Shown here one piece after another: positions 21,384-33,572 of a DNA stretch of 33,572 nucleotides. Below the pieces are notes generated by a model. The model had not been told where the DNA came from. It did no database searches and worked only from the letters and a program-made list of their open reading frames with translations. A program made the translations under genes and the position numbers. Within the stretch, counting starts at the first letter, position 1. Each line of letters starts with the position of its first letter. Source of the stretch: Porpidia crustulata (Eukaryota); NCBI GenBank assembly GCA_964255105.1, contig CAXUWE010000011.1, positions 1 through 33,572 on the forward strand, written 5' to 3'.

Positions 21384-24356
21384 ACCTTTTCCGCGCTACC
21401 CGGGCGGTTGGAAAACGCGTCGCGGTCTCAACCGCAGCAATCTCTCACTTTTAAAGAAGTACCGCCACTAGCCAAATCGCGTACTCTACATATCCTGCGT
21501 GGTCGAGATCCTTCTTCCCAAATCTTGAACTCACAATGCTCCTGGGCCCCCGCTGAGACTCATTTGCCCTTTGCAGATCAAGAGACACAGGAACGCTCTT
21601 ATAGCACATCTTCTGCAATGTCGTTCACGATCTTCTTCAAGCGGGGTCGCAGCAAGAGCGAGAGCCAGGCGAATAAATCGAAAGCGAAGTCTGCAGACGC
21701 TGGCGTTCTTTGCGACCGAATGACTCTCCGTCGGAAGCATTCGGTGCCAGCAATCCAAGTACCAGAGCTTGCTCGCATTAGAACGGGAACTTTCATTGAT
21801 ATGGGAATGAACAACCCAGATTCCCTGTCCGGACCTCTGCAAAACAGGCGGCTGTCCGATTCGCCCCGTGGTCTATCCGTATATAACGGCATAGGAACTA
21901 CAAATATGATTTCTAGCTCGTCGCCTGTTCTTACATCCGAACGACGATATGTCATGGATTCGCTACATCAGGTTCAAGCCCGAGGGTCCATTGCAATAGA
22001 TAGCTATTCCCGGGAAACCGACCAGCAACCCGATCCTATGAACGACAACACCATCGCCGATATTGTTCAGGGATATGCTCGGCCCAGAGACGTGGAGACT
22101 GATTCAAGATTGAGTCGATTTGAGTGGTCTCCAAGAGGGAGCACAGAGCGTCGATCACGATCTGCCGACCAGAGTGTCTCTGGAACTGCACTGTACCAGC
22201 ATGATAGCCTAGATTTCCCCGATCTCTCCTCCAGTGGGCTTCAGATTGGCTTGGCGATCTCTGACATCACGAGAAACAATCACGAGCGATCCCCTGTGGC
22301 TCGAAACCCGACAGAACCTCCAACTACGCCACTGCCACGGCTACCCGTGGGAAACTTTAATTATGAGAGCCACAATCTTTCCCTTTCAAGTAGCCCTTCA
22401 AATTCCTACGGAACTACTCGCCATCTACTCGAGCTTTCGTCACCAATTCGAATAAATGTTCCGCAGCGTATGAGAGGTCAACCAGTCCCAATGCCAGTGT
22501 CGAGTAGCGGTTCCACCCCGCCTCAAGATGGCTATCTGCCGCGAGGGTGGGTGTCGCTGGAGGCTCCAGAAGATGCTGTAGACCTTGGTCCTGGCGGTAG
22601 CCAGACCTCCTCATCAAGTGCTATTATCCGGAGCGGTACGCCGCCCCTTTTATTCGGCACTCGAGCTATTGGTATCAGGGGTACCTCACGCGCCCCTTCG
22701 AAGGGTATCAAGTCTCAAGATGATGAGCACGACTGGGAGACTGTGGCCGACAGTGGGTTCAATTTACATAGGACCCTAGTAGATATCGGCACCTTTCGCA
22801 CCACAGGGAGTAGTCTGGCCGATGTGTCAGACTCGAGTCAACCAAGTGTGACGAGGAGCATTGTCGGAGCGCGTGTGCTGGTACATCCAGCTCATCCTCG
22901 ATACCAGTATTCATGGAGGATGCTTCAAGACATGCAGAGTGGGGAGACTGTCCTAACTCCAGACTACTCGGAGAGTAAATTATTTGCTGATGAAAACGTA
23001 TATCAGCATCCAGAACCATTGCAATCTAATCACGAACATCCATTCAGCACACCACCCCCACAAATGAAACCTTTACAGGTCAGGGAGGCTACTACCGGCG
23101 GTGGTATTACCTTGCCGCTACGAGTATCGTCGGCGAGACCCGAGAGGTCCTCCGACACTAATAGTGAGCCGTCGATACAAAGTGAGCAGTGGCTCACTAC
23201 TACTGATGGCCTTACTTCATTTACAGGTGGTGAGTGTTGATGTGTCCGAAAGGGAGGCTTTGGTGAACTCACAGTGTTAGGTACCGTGAAGCTTCATCAC
23301 CGACGGACCATTGACGGAAGTCTAGACGCGATCTCCGCAAATGCACCTGGTAATTTTGAAGAGAGAATAAAGAACCATCCAATCTTTAGACGTGACTCTG
23401 ATGTGGATTCTCTCGATCAACTCTTCACATCTACGTCAATAGAGGACTTATCACCGGAAATCCAGCACCACCGGCAACACCTCATAAACAACTCATTGCT
23501 CCCACGAGAGCAGCCACCTCTCGTTGGCGCGTCAAAGCGCCACTCGACACCGCTTCCCCCACTAAGGCCAAGGAGTCTGGCACCAATGTCAAAATCCACT
23601 GCCACTGGTGTAGCGCCGGATGGTAACCAAAACATGCGGATGAGGTCGCCTCGCCGAAATGGTCGAACAGAGGATATCACTATGGGCGTTTTAACGCCAT
23701 TCTCATCTCAAAACACCCACTTCACGAATCCAAGCCTAGAACGTCAGAATAGAAGGCAAGCTCGACGAGCAAAGCGTCGGGCCAAAGACAAGATGTCCGA
23801 TGGAGAAAGCTCACCTGAGGCGAAGATTTCTGCAGAGTTCTTCGAGCAAGCTCGGTTTCGTAACGACGACGCCGCTTCTCTGACACCCACACACCACCCT
23901 GAACGAAGGTCAATTCACAGTCAAACTGAGTCTTCGATCAGCATTACGCCTACCATAGGGACAACGATCCATTGGGTTGGATCTTATGGCTATTTTATCC
24001 AAGACATGCGTGGTCCTCCCACTCGCACGGGGCGCATTCAACGTCCAATCTCAGTTGACCGTCCTGTTGCACGTGTCGAGTCGCCCCGCCTGCATCGTCT
24101 TCCACGTCCGGAAGGTCCTGTGATTGAGAAACGCAAAATGGAACTCTCATGTGTATTCCTGGCTCTGTGTATGGTTGTCCCCCCAATGCTAGTGATCTAC
24201 GGACATGGATTCCTGGATGGCGTTATGCAAAAGCTTTCCAAAGGCGAGATTTTGGGTTTCCGCAAGCGAGAGAAGATCATAGCCTTAGTCATGGGTTACA
24301 CGTGCATAGCCCTCATCTGCGTTGGCTTAATGCTTTTGTTCATACTTCTTCTGTGA
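21384..24356 (+). CDS. Ser/Pro/Arg-rich, largely disordered protein with two C-terminal transmembrane helices; 5' end unresolved
   Basis: ORFs 21408-23240 and 23274-24356 join in frame via intron 23230-23280 (GTGAGT..CTCAC..TAG; alternative in-frame acceptor at 23274). An in-frame acceptor at 21383 (ctaat...ccttag) implies upstream exon(s); otherwise the first in-frame ATG is at 21618 (MSFTIFF). Hydrophobic segments VFLALCMVVPPMLVIYG and IIALVMGYTCIALICVGLMLLFILLL. Confidence 0.8.
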
Positions 24357-25933
24357 CTTGACACCAATCCCGCTACGCCGCAAGATCTAATCTCATTGTT
24401 CTTGCCTGCATTGGTGTCTTACAACATGCACAATTAGATCAACATCATGGTTGATGTTTTCACGGCAAACATTGACATCTCAGATACACACGCCACTCCG
24501 GGTACGACTCAACCGATATGTTCTATCAGTTACTGCCACCACTCCATCTCGATAGGACTCATGACAGACATCATTATTCCAGATTCCATGCTACCTCGGG
24601 AGCGACACACTACGATGCTTTACATCTTATGTAGTCGGTCCGCCACAGCCTGTTGCCAGAAAACAAAATCTTTCTCCAGGGACCATTCTAAGTGGACGTC
24701 AATACCAGCTTCCGTGTATATTGAGACAGGCAGACCTTGTAAGAGAACGCATATCTTGACCGACTCATCAGCTACCGTTTTTTGTACGAGGACTTCGAAT
24801 CTAGAATTCATCAGGATTATTATCCTCATTCCATAACACCGAGAGTGTTTTGTCGCCATCTTTGTGCCCTGAGAATATATTACATGTTCCAGTCTCAGGG
24901 CCGCGGTGCAGACTAAAGCTTGACAGCTCTCGTCCCGTTGGTCTATGGAAATTTCTGAGAAGGATCTACTTACCCTCAAATGGACCTGACGTCTAATCCA
25001 TGCTCAACAGTGTACCTTGGAAGCCTGTATAAGAGGACATCGTCTCACCTAGTGGCTTCGGATTACATCCCGCGCTTGTATGATACCAGTCGAATGTGTA
25101 CACAATGGGGACTTCTTGTCACGATATGGTAACCCGATTCAAGCCTTGATGGGGTACGACGGAACAGCTCTTCTCAATGGTTCTCTTTTTCTCTCCAGTA
25201 GACTCTGGCACCAGCAGGCTTAGATCCGCTTTCCTTGTTCTTTAGTTTCACGCATCAGGGATGTACCAACCCTCGGCATTTATTAGGCATTCAGTCCACT
25301 TCACCACTTAGGCTCAGATAGCTGAAAAAAGAAGTAAATTTTTTAATCAGTACCGTTTCTGGTATGTAGATGAGGCGCCGGTGAAGTTTGTGCTGTGATT
25401 CTCGCTTCGGGTAAATTGATGATGAAATGCATTGTTAAGAATAAATCTGGTCATGTGCCTCAGACCCCCCTAGAGCCCAAGTCAATAACGCAACTGTAAA
25501 TCCCCTTCCACCACCCTGCTTCCTCAGCGTCTACACAGCTCCCACCTCTACACCCACCTTCGATCCCCAAATCCCCTCTCCCTAGCTAGACCTCCTTCAT
25601 AAAAAAAAACCTTCAACAGCACAGAAAACACCCCATCGCATCATCGAATCCCGTACCTCGTGATCCTCACCCTCTGTATCACACTCTCACTGCAGAGTAA
25701 ACGCGTATGTCTTTTTATTGGTTTTGGCTTTGTGGCGTGGGATTTGGGTTGGGATGTTTGATGTTGGTTTTGTTTTTATGGTTTGCTTTTTTATGTTTGC
25801 TCTGTTTGTTTATTTATTGTTTAGTTTCTTCTTCATCTTCTCTTCTTTCGGGTCGGAATTCTGACAGTCTTTCTTAGATCCGTGGGGTTTGGGTTTGAGT
25901 TTTAGGTTGGAGATGAATGGATTGGGCATGCTT

Positions 25934-25981
25934 TTCCGTTTTCGATTTCGATTTCGATTTCGTTTTCGGTTGCGGTTTCGG
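25934..25981. repeat. Degenerate hexanucleotide microsatellite (TTTCGA/TTTCGN), about 8 units
   Basis: ttccgt tttcga tttcga tttcga tttcgt tttcgg ttgcgg tttcgg, inside a T/G-rich low-complexity tract downstream of the Mae1-like gene. Confidence 0.8.
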
Positions 25982-26306
25982 GTTAGAGGTTTTTTTTTCT
26001 TGTTTCTTTGGCTTTTGATGAGGGTTGAATTAGTATTGGATGAGTATTGATGGCGGGCAGAGGGCAGACGGCGGTAGAACTTCACATTCATGCAGGCTGC
26101 AGGGAGATAGCGCACCCTTTGGCGGTTTTGCGACAGGGAGCAAAAAGAGAAGCGAAGAATGAAAATGCTTGATGTACTGAATGGGGTATCTTGCATGAAC
26201 CGACATCTACCGTCCTCCATACCTTCGTAGTCGCTCTCTCCAAGACTCCAAGCGCTGACCTTTGAGAGCCCCCAGCACTCCTTTACTCCAATCCAAAAGT
26301 AATTCC

Positions 26307-27530
26307 CTACTCATCCCTATCCTCGTCTCTGCCAGGCCAAAGGATCTGCCTTTGGTAAACTGCCCGCACGTGACAAGCACCTACGAAAAGCCACACCGCC
26401 ACCTGCACGCAAGTCAAGCCACTCGTGACCCACAGGATCGAATCGCTACCAATTGCCGTGCCGATCTGGATCGCCGCGATGATGAAGCCCGTGTTTGGAA
26501 AAACAAAACTCCACCAGGTAAGATGGAACCTGATTTCCCGGACACCTACTATCACGCTCGTGGCGCTGATGACGAAGAAGAAGAGGGAGACGCTCCAGAG
26601 GAAGATGCCGGAGAAGACGGCCACGATCTTGAGGACTTGGGCGGCGGGGATCGTGGTGCCTGCGATGTAGTTTTCCGGGAAGTGAATGAGGGCGGCGTTG
26701 GCCATGCCGATAAGCGCGAGGGCGGTGAAGGAAGGCGGGCCGACGGCTATGAACATGCCTGGTCGGGTATTGGACGAGGGTAAGCCGGATGACATGAGCC
26801 GCCCGATATAGTTGGAGTACATGAACATGGCGACAAGCCAGCCTAAACCTTGGAATGTTGTTCCAGCAATGATGATGGGAGTGGCTTGGGGTGTTGGTTG
26901 AGCACTAGCGATCACAGAGGCAATGGTTCCGCAGAGCATGACGGGGAAAATTGGTAGAAGCCATGCGGGGGTCATGGATTGCAGGGTCAGGGGTCTGCCG
27001 GTGAAGAGGATATGGTATTGGATGATGGCGGAGACGAAGGACAGGAAGGTGTAGAGCCAGAAGAGGATGCGAACGGTTGTAATGAGCCATGTGCCGCAAT
27101 GTGGGATGCCGTACTTTTGGATGTTGGAGATGAGCTAAACGAGGGGGTGGATTAGTCGAAGATAAGGGCATGAGAACAGTGGAAGGCGTACCGTTGCAAT
27201 GCTCAGCCAGAAGGTAGGGATAAAAAGGGCCTCCGTAGGGTGAGTGAGGGCGGAAGTGAAAGTCCCCCGGAAGAGGAAGAAGCGCGTGGTTATAAGACTG
27301 GTTAGTAGGACGAAGAGGATGAGATCGAAGATGAAGATAATGGTGCCAATTGTTCCAAGCCCGCTGAATTGATGTGGAGTGTCGGAGAGAAGAAGTGCGA
27401 TGCCACCGGTGGACATGGTCAGAGTAAACCATCCCCAGGTGAAATGGTGCAGGCGTTCTCTAAGGGAAACGGCCTGCGGTGTTGGGGATTTCTCTCGGCT
27501 GAGAGGACTGTGGGACTCGCGGTCCATCAT
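26307..27530 (-). CDS. mae1: C4-dicarboxylate/malic acid transporter, TDT/SLAC1 family (Mae1-like), 388 aa
   Basis: Exons 27530-27192 and 27134-26307. Motifs RERLHHFTWGWFTLTMSTGG, HPTEALFIPTFWLSIAT, MTPAWLLPIFPVML, RPGMFIAVGPPSFT, WWSFVFPNTG and ILWPGRDED. Confidence 0.92.
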
Positions 27531-28094
27531 GGCGATTCTCAACCAACACCTAGAGTAGGAGAATATATGGAGAGATTTCGAAAAGCATAAGGACAGAGGT
27601 CAGGGTACATGGTGATCAAGTTTAGGTCACGATCAGGAGACATGAGGAAGGTAGGAAGTTATGGAGATTTAGCTTGTGCCCTAAGTCTCCCGTTCTCGAC
27701 GATTGTCATGTGATATCATATCTACGACATGTTGAGGTACGGAGGTGAATATACAGAACTCATTCAAGCCAGTTTGCATAAGAACATAGCATGAACGACA
27801 CTGATAAAGATCATCGCATTCAAAAGCCTTTCCTTAATATGAGTGCAGCTTCTCAATATGATAGTGGGTTTGTACTAGATGCAGTACGGCCGGGCCTGCA
27901 CCAATGACATCAAAAGAGCTCAGCTACGGCTTATTCAATTACACTTACCAAGGAATGCCAGTATCAATTCAACGAAGAAATCCAGCGGCTTTCCCACTGT
28001 CTTCCAGTATCGCTTGCTAGGCGTCATGCGCCTGCAAATAGTCCCCAAACCTCACAGACCTTCCCTTAACAATACCGTCAGCCCCCTTAGCCAA

Positions 28095-29279
28095 TCAAGC
28101 TGCCATACCCCCTTCATCATAAATCGTGACCGTAATCATTCCAATATCCCCTATAAATCTCCACCGTGAGCCAACCCTGCTATCCAATTTCGCCCCTATG
28201 AAATCTAATCAGTTCAACTCACCATGATGCGTTGTTGTCCCCATCAACCCCCTGTCAGCACACATCGTCTTCAGCGCAACAGCCGCAAGCCACAACTCAT
28301 ACCATGTGCCGGTATCTTCAGTCCCGTTGGAGGTGACGGCAATGGTGCAGCGACCAGCTTCTGCCCGTTTCCAAGGTGTAGATTAGTAATTGACAAGACG
28401 GAATTTGAGGGCAGATGACGGCAGTGAAATGCGTGGACTTACGCCCAGAGAATCTCCTTGGAAGCGGAACATTTACCTCTGGAGCGCCGTATGGGCCAAA
28501 TATGCGCTGGCCCAGGGATGTGGGTATCAGGTCTAGTGTCGGTTGGCAGGTCTCGGGGGCCAAGGGGTGAAAGGGGTTTGGCAAGCAGGATACCATTGGG
28601 GTGTAGGGTGTTATTGCTACTCCGAGGCTTTGGGCACTGCCTTTACACGTATTAAACCATGGTGCTATCAGGCTAGGACGGGTTTCATCGCCTACCGATG
28701 TCCGTCCTCGTACCTCCCGTCGGCTCATCTCGCCGTATACATGTATTGAAGATGGAGAAGGCGGCTACCATAATGTCGTACTCTGACGTAGTATCCACTC
28801 CAGTTTCTTGCTTCACGTGGACGTCTACTGCGCAAGTACCGGTCGCTGCCACCAGAAGTCAGTGGCAAACCTCAGACCCATAGACATGCAAGCGATATGG
28901 GAACCAAAAGCTTGCGCCAAGACCTACAGTCTAAGATCCTTTGAGGCAGATTGACGTCCCAATGCCCTAGGAAACGCTGTCCATACTGATGCGGAGTCTT
29001 GTTACGGCCGATTCTCGTGATGGCTTCCATGCAGCGACTGGCGCTCACGGTGGAGCCGAAGCCTTGAGGATCGCAGTTTGTTTTTGGCTGCAGGAGATCT
29101 GATGCATTCAGTGTGAAAGGCAACGCTGGAGCCGTAGACAGTTTTGAAGTGTTGACTGTCGAGACAGTGTTCGAGATTTGTGTCAGGTTGTCTGCATTCG
29201 GAGCATGTGGCAGCACGCTCGCTGTTGCGATGTCTAGCATGTGAGAAAGAGAGCATAAAAGCAAAAGGCAAGACCGCAT
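28095..29279 (-). CDS. Secreted Cys-containing protein with two tandem homologous modules (effector-like), 297 aa
   Basis: Exons 29279-28928, 28845-28696, 28640-28443, 28360-28223, 28150-28095 total 894 nt and read open, with four canonical phase-1 introns. Signal peptide MRSCLLLLCSLSHMLDIATAS, N-glycosylation sequons in the pro-region, four Cys per module. Confidence 0.85.
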
Positions 29280-29770
29280 GGCTAAGAGACGACGGAGAAG
29301 AGATGGAAATCGTATTGCCTAATCAGCAGATAGCGGCCATTGTTGATAGGGCATGGCCGTAATACATATGCACTTTGGGACAAATCGGATGCAGATGACA
29401 AGATCATGAAGCTATTATAATATCTCACGGAGTTTTCACGTGTTAACGACATATTTCTGCAACTTGTTTCAGCTGTCAAGCGCCAAACCGGAAGTTTTTG
29501 ATGCGCCAATATTGGCGATTGCCATTGATAACGAAGGCACATTATATGCGCCGCCTGTGCCAATATAATTATTCGGCAGATCTCGTGGGACGAATATGCT
29601 CCTAAAGTGGGAAAGTGTGATACAATACTGCGACAAGAAAGGATTGAGGCTTTTATTCCTCGAAGCGATGGGTTTAATGGATCCGTCTCGCATTTATCCC
29701 CTCTCTTTAACCCTGTCAGCGGTAAAGGCTGTTATTGAATAGTGATGACCTGGTATCAGCTAACTTATGC

Positions 29771-30816
29771 TCAGCCGAAATGAGTCCCTTCCACAGAGCC
29801 GTCCTCATCGTCCTCAGGCACGAACGGCACGAATCGAAAGTCAACGAAGCTTACCGCACCCCCGTCAACTTCAATCATAAATTGCAAGCTCAGAACCCCC
29901 TGTTTATCACCTCTGATGCTGACTTTACTGGCAATTGCCATGGCTCTACTGGCTCCCTTGATGAGTGAGTACTTGTATGTATTCACAGTCCTCTCCGCTA
30001 CCTGGAACGTCTCCAGTAATTGGGGGTCCTTGCTGAACTCCACGGTTGCCGACCCAAGGGGTCCATTGGAAGAGAGGGTGAAGTATGGTGCTTCTGGGGA
30101 AGCCATGATGGTGAGTTGGGTAGGTGATGTAGAAGATAGTTCCGTGATGGCATCGTTCAGCCAGCTTGCACGCATGATGATTTTCTGGGCCAAAGCATCT
30201 CTTTGTAAAGGGATCTCCTCTCGCAAGTCTGGTTCGTATGTGACAAGTTCACAGGTAGTGGTTACTCCATTCTCTTCTAGGATAATGGATAACGGGTCAC
30301 CTATTGCGCCGTAGCTCAATCGACACAAACCGGTCATACCAAGAGCACGATTTTCGAAAGGTGCAGCACGATCGCTTCGAGAGAAAGAGTCTGGCATTCC
30401 TCCGTAAGCTGGATCGCGACTGTCCCAGCGATCCTTGCCGTCGCTGATACCGAATATCTGGAGGGTCTCAAGTAGCGACGAGAGGGATATATCAAATGCC
30501 GGTGCCTCTAAGTCATCATCATCATCTCCATCCCGTGTTTGAGAATTAAAGGTATAGGTAGTGAATAAGGCTCTGTCCAGAAACGCAAGACCTGCGCTCG
30601 CTCAGTTTATGACATCTATGGAAGGTATACAAACCGACCTTGCATGACTTGAGACTCCTCGACAGTGAATCGCAGCCCTTTCCTACTGATTCGAACTTGC
30701 GCCTTTGTCGCAAAGCCGATACATCTAAGAAGCTGAAAAAGGTGGCGAGCAGAGCTTGACACAGCGCTGAATAGTAGGGCTTCGCTACTATCCTCTGCCG
30801 CTAAGTTCGTGGCCAT
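29771..30816 (-). CDS. rad1: 9-1-1 DNA damage checkpoint clamp subunit Rad1/Rec1 (S. cerevisiae Rad17 family), 332 aa
   Basis: Exons 30816-30639 and 30591-29771. Motifs FSAVSSSARHLFQLLRCIGF, GLRFTVEES, LLETLQIFG, TTTCELVTYEP, ASKVSIRGDKQGVLSLQFM and SFVDFRFVP. Confidence 0.92.
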
Positions 30817-31687
30817 GACACTAAAGCAGTCTTTACCCTATCAAATCTTAATTAATGTATAGTAGCATATACCTCAGGTGGCTCGATCTTTAAGGCATGT
30901 GTGAACGTGCCAGTCTTTGTGACTGCCAGTGATATGAGAGCTAGGCTTTATCGGTATTGATTGTATATAATGTACATTGCCAATGTAGGGCCGCCTGAAA
31001 GGTTGTTTGCAATCCGTCAAACGTAAACTCCCACAGCACAGATCATGTAAACCGCCCCGAAGCTGCAACGCTGTTAGAGTTTTGCGCAACTTCGAGGATG
31101 GAACAAAGTTACCCAAATGCCAATGACGCAGGGACCCCTAACGTGATAATACTCTGGAATGATCGATCTTTTCACATAGTGAGTAAGAATTGGGAGTCTT
31201 TGTGCGTTTATGAACTTACTCAACCCAAAGAGACCGGTCAGCAAGAAGGCTGCTAGCTGTTAGCGTGTTGCTCCATACGATATGACAGGTAAAAGTGGGT
31301 CACCTGTGATCAGTAGGCTAAAGCCTAGTAAGAATTGCCTGTCTTTTGATACTGCTGGATGAAAGGGACTGCCCGCTGCTGCCTCCCAAACTTCATTCAG
31401 AGACATTGAAATCAGCTTTAGACCTGATTCCAGTGATCAATCAAGAGGATTAGGGACGGAAGGTCTTTGGAATGTGTAAGTGAGACTCTGGTGAGTGTAT
31501 TGCGAAAGAAAAGTTGTTTACTGATGGTCTGGGCGACTTTTAGGTCAATCTGGCTTCCAGACAAACAGGCGCGATCGGCTAGAAAGGGTAAGCGCAAATC
31601 TCCGCAGCTTGCGTTATCTCCGACAGCCCTACAGCACCAACAGACCGCAAACAGTGCTGACGGTCAATAACAGTACCAGCGACTGCC

Positions 31688-33114
<1,427 letters not shown>

Positions 33115-33572
33115 GGAATGCAAGGTTGTTTAGTGTTTTGGACGAGTTAAAGCATATTATGGGAGCGACGATGAGATACCCCGGGAAAGGAGGCGCAAAG
33201 GATTGTATTTAGTGAATGCGTCGGCGGAATTTGGTCTCATTTAGAAGGGCAGTGGACGAGAAATCTACTTATTTTTATCACCGTAATCTCATATAGATCA
33301 TTTCCATAAGGCTACCTAAACGCCCGGTCGATTGAGTGGCGCCCTCATCGCGAACGATAAGCGTGTGCCTGGTCCGCCTGATGCTTCAGCCAGATAATCC
33401 GCCAAGCAACTATCTCTGATCAAGACGCGCGTGACGCCTGTTTCGTACTTCGTAATGTTTGTCGTCGCGGCAGAGTTTCCGTAGTCTACTCTTAACCAGA
33501 GAAGCGATGCAAAATTTGTCCCTCCATGACAAACCCTCTCATCCCCCTAACTTCCTGCCCTGCCCTGTAGCC

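Noticed and set aside
24447..24979. Overlapping 129-aa (+) and 119-aa (-) ORFs with a minus-strand GTAAGT donor near 24973
   Set aside because: Could not build a coherent spliced gene or recognise any domain; a decayed gene cannot be excluded.
25810..26220. 136-aa Lys/Arg/Asn-rich ORF
   Set aside because: Produced by the stop-poor low-complexity microsatellite tract downstream of mae1.

Overview
Eukaryotic, intron-containing DNA from a filamentous ascomycete (Pezizomycotina; a lichen-forming lineage is plausible but only an inference). Introns have GT(A/G)(A/T)GT donors, CTRAC/CTAAT branch sites and YAG acceptors. I spliced the gene models by hand. From left to right: the terminal inverted repeat of a Fot1/pogo-type DNA transposon at the window edge; a concentrative nucleoside transporter (-) divergent from an intronless ADA2/CECR1-like adenosine deaminase (+); a damaged gene fusing eight atypical C-X7-C zinc fingers to a DEDDh 3'-5' exonuclease; aspartate-semialdehyde dehydrogenase (-); ATG2 (+); a long disordered protein with a C-terminal two-helix membrane anchor; a Mae1/TDT dicarboxylate transporter (-); a secreted Cys-containing protein made of two duplicated modules with duplicated intron positions (-); the 9-1-1 clamp subunit Rad1/Rec1 (-); and GCN5 (+) with a GC-AG intron. 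The most unusual items are the zinc-finger-array/exonuclease locus, the duplicated secreted protein and the transporter/deaminase pair. All family assignments come from motif recognition; no database search was run.
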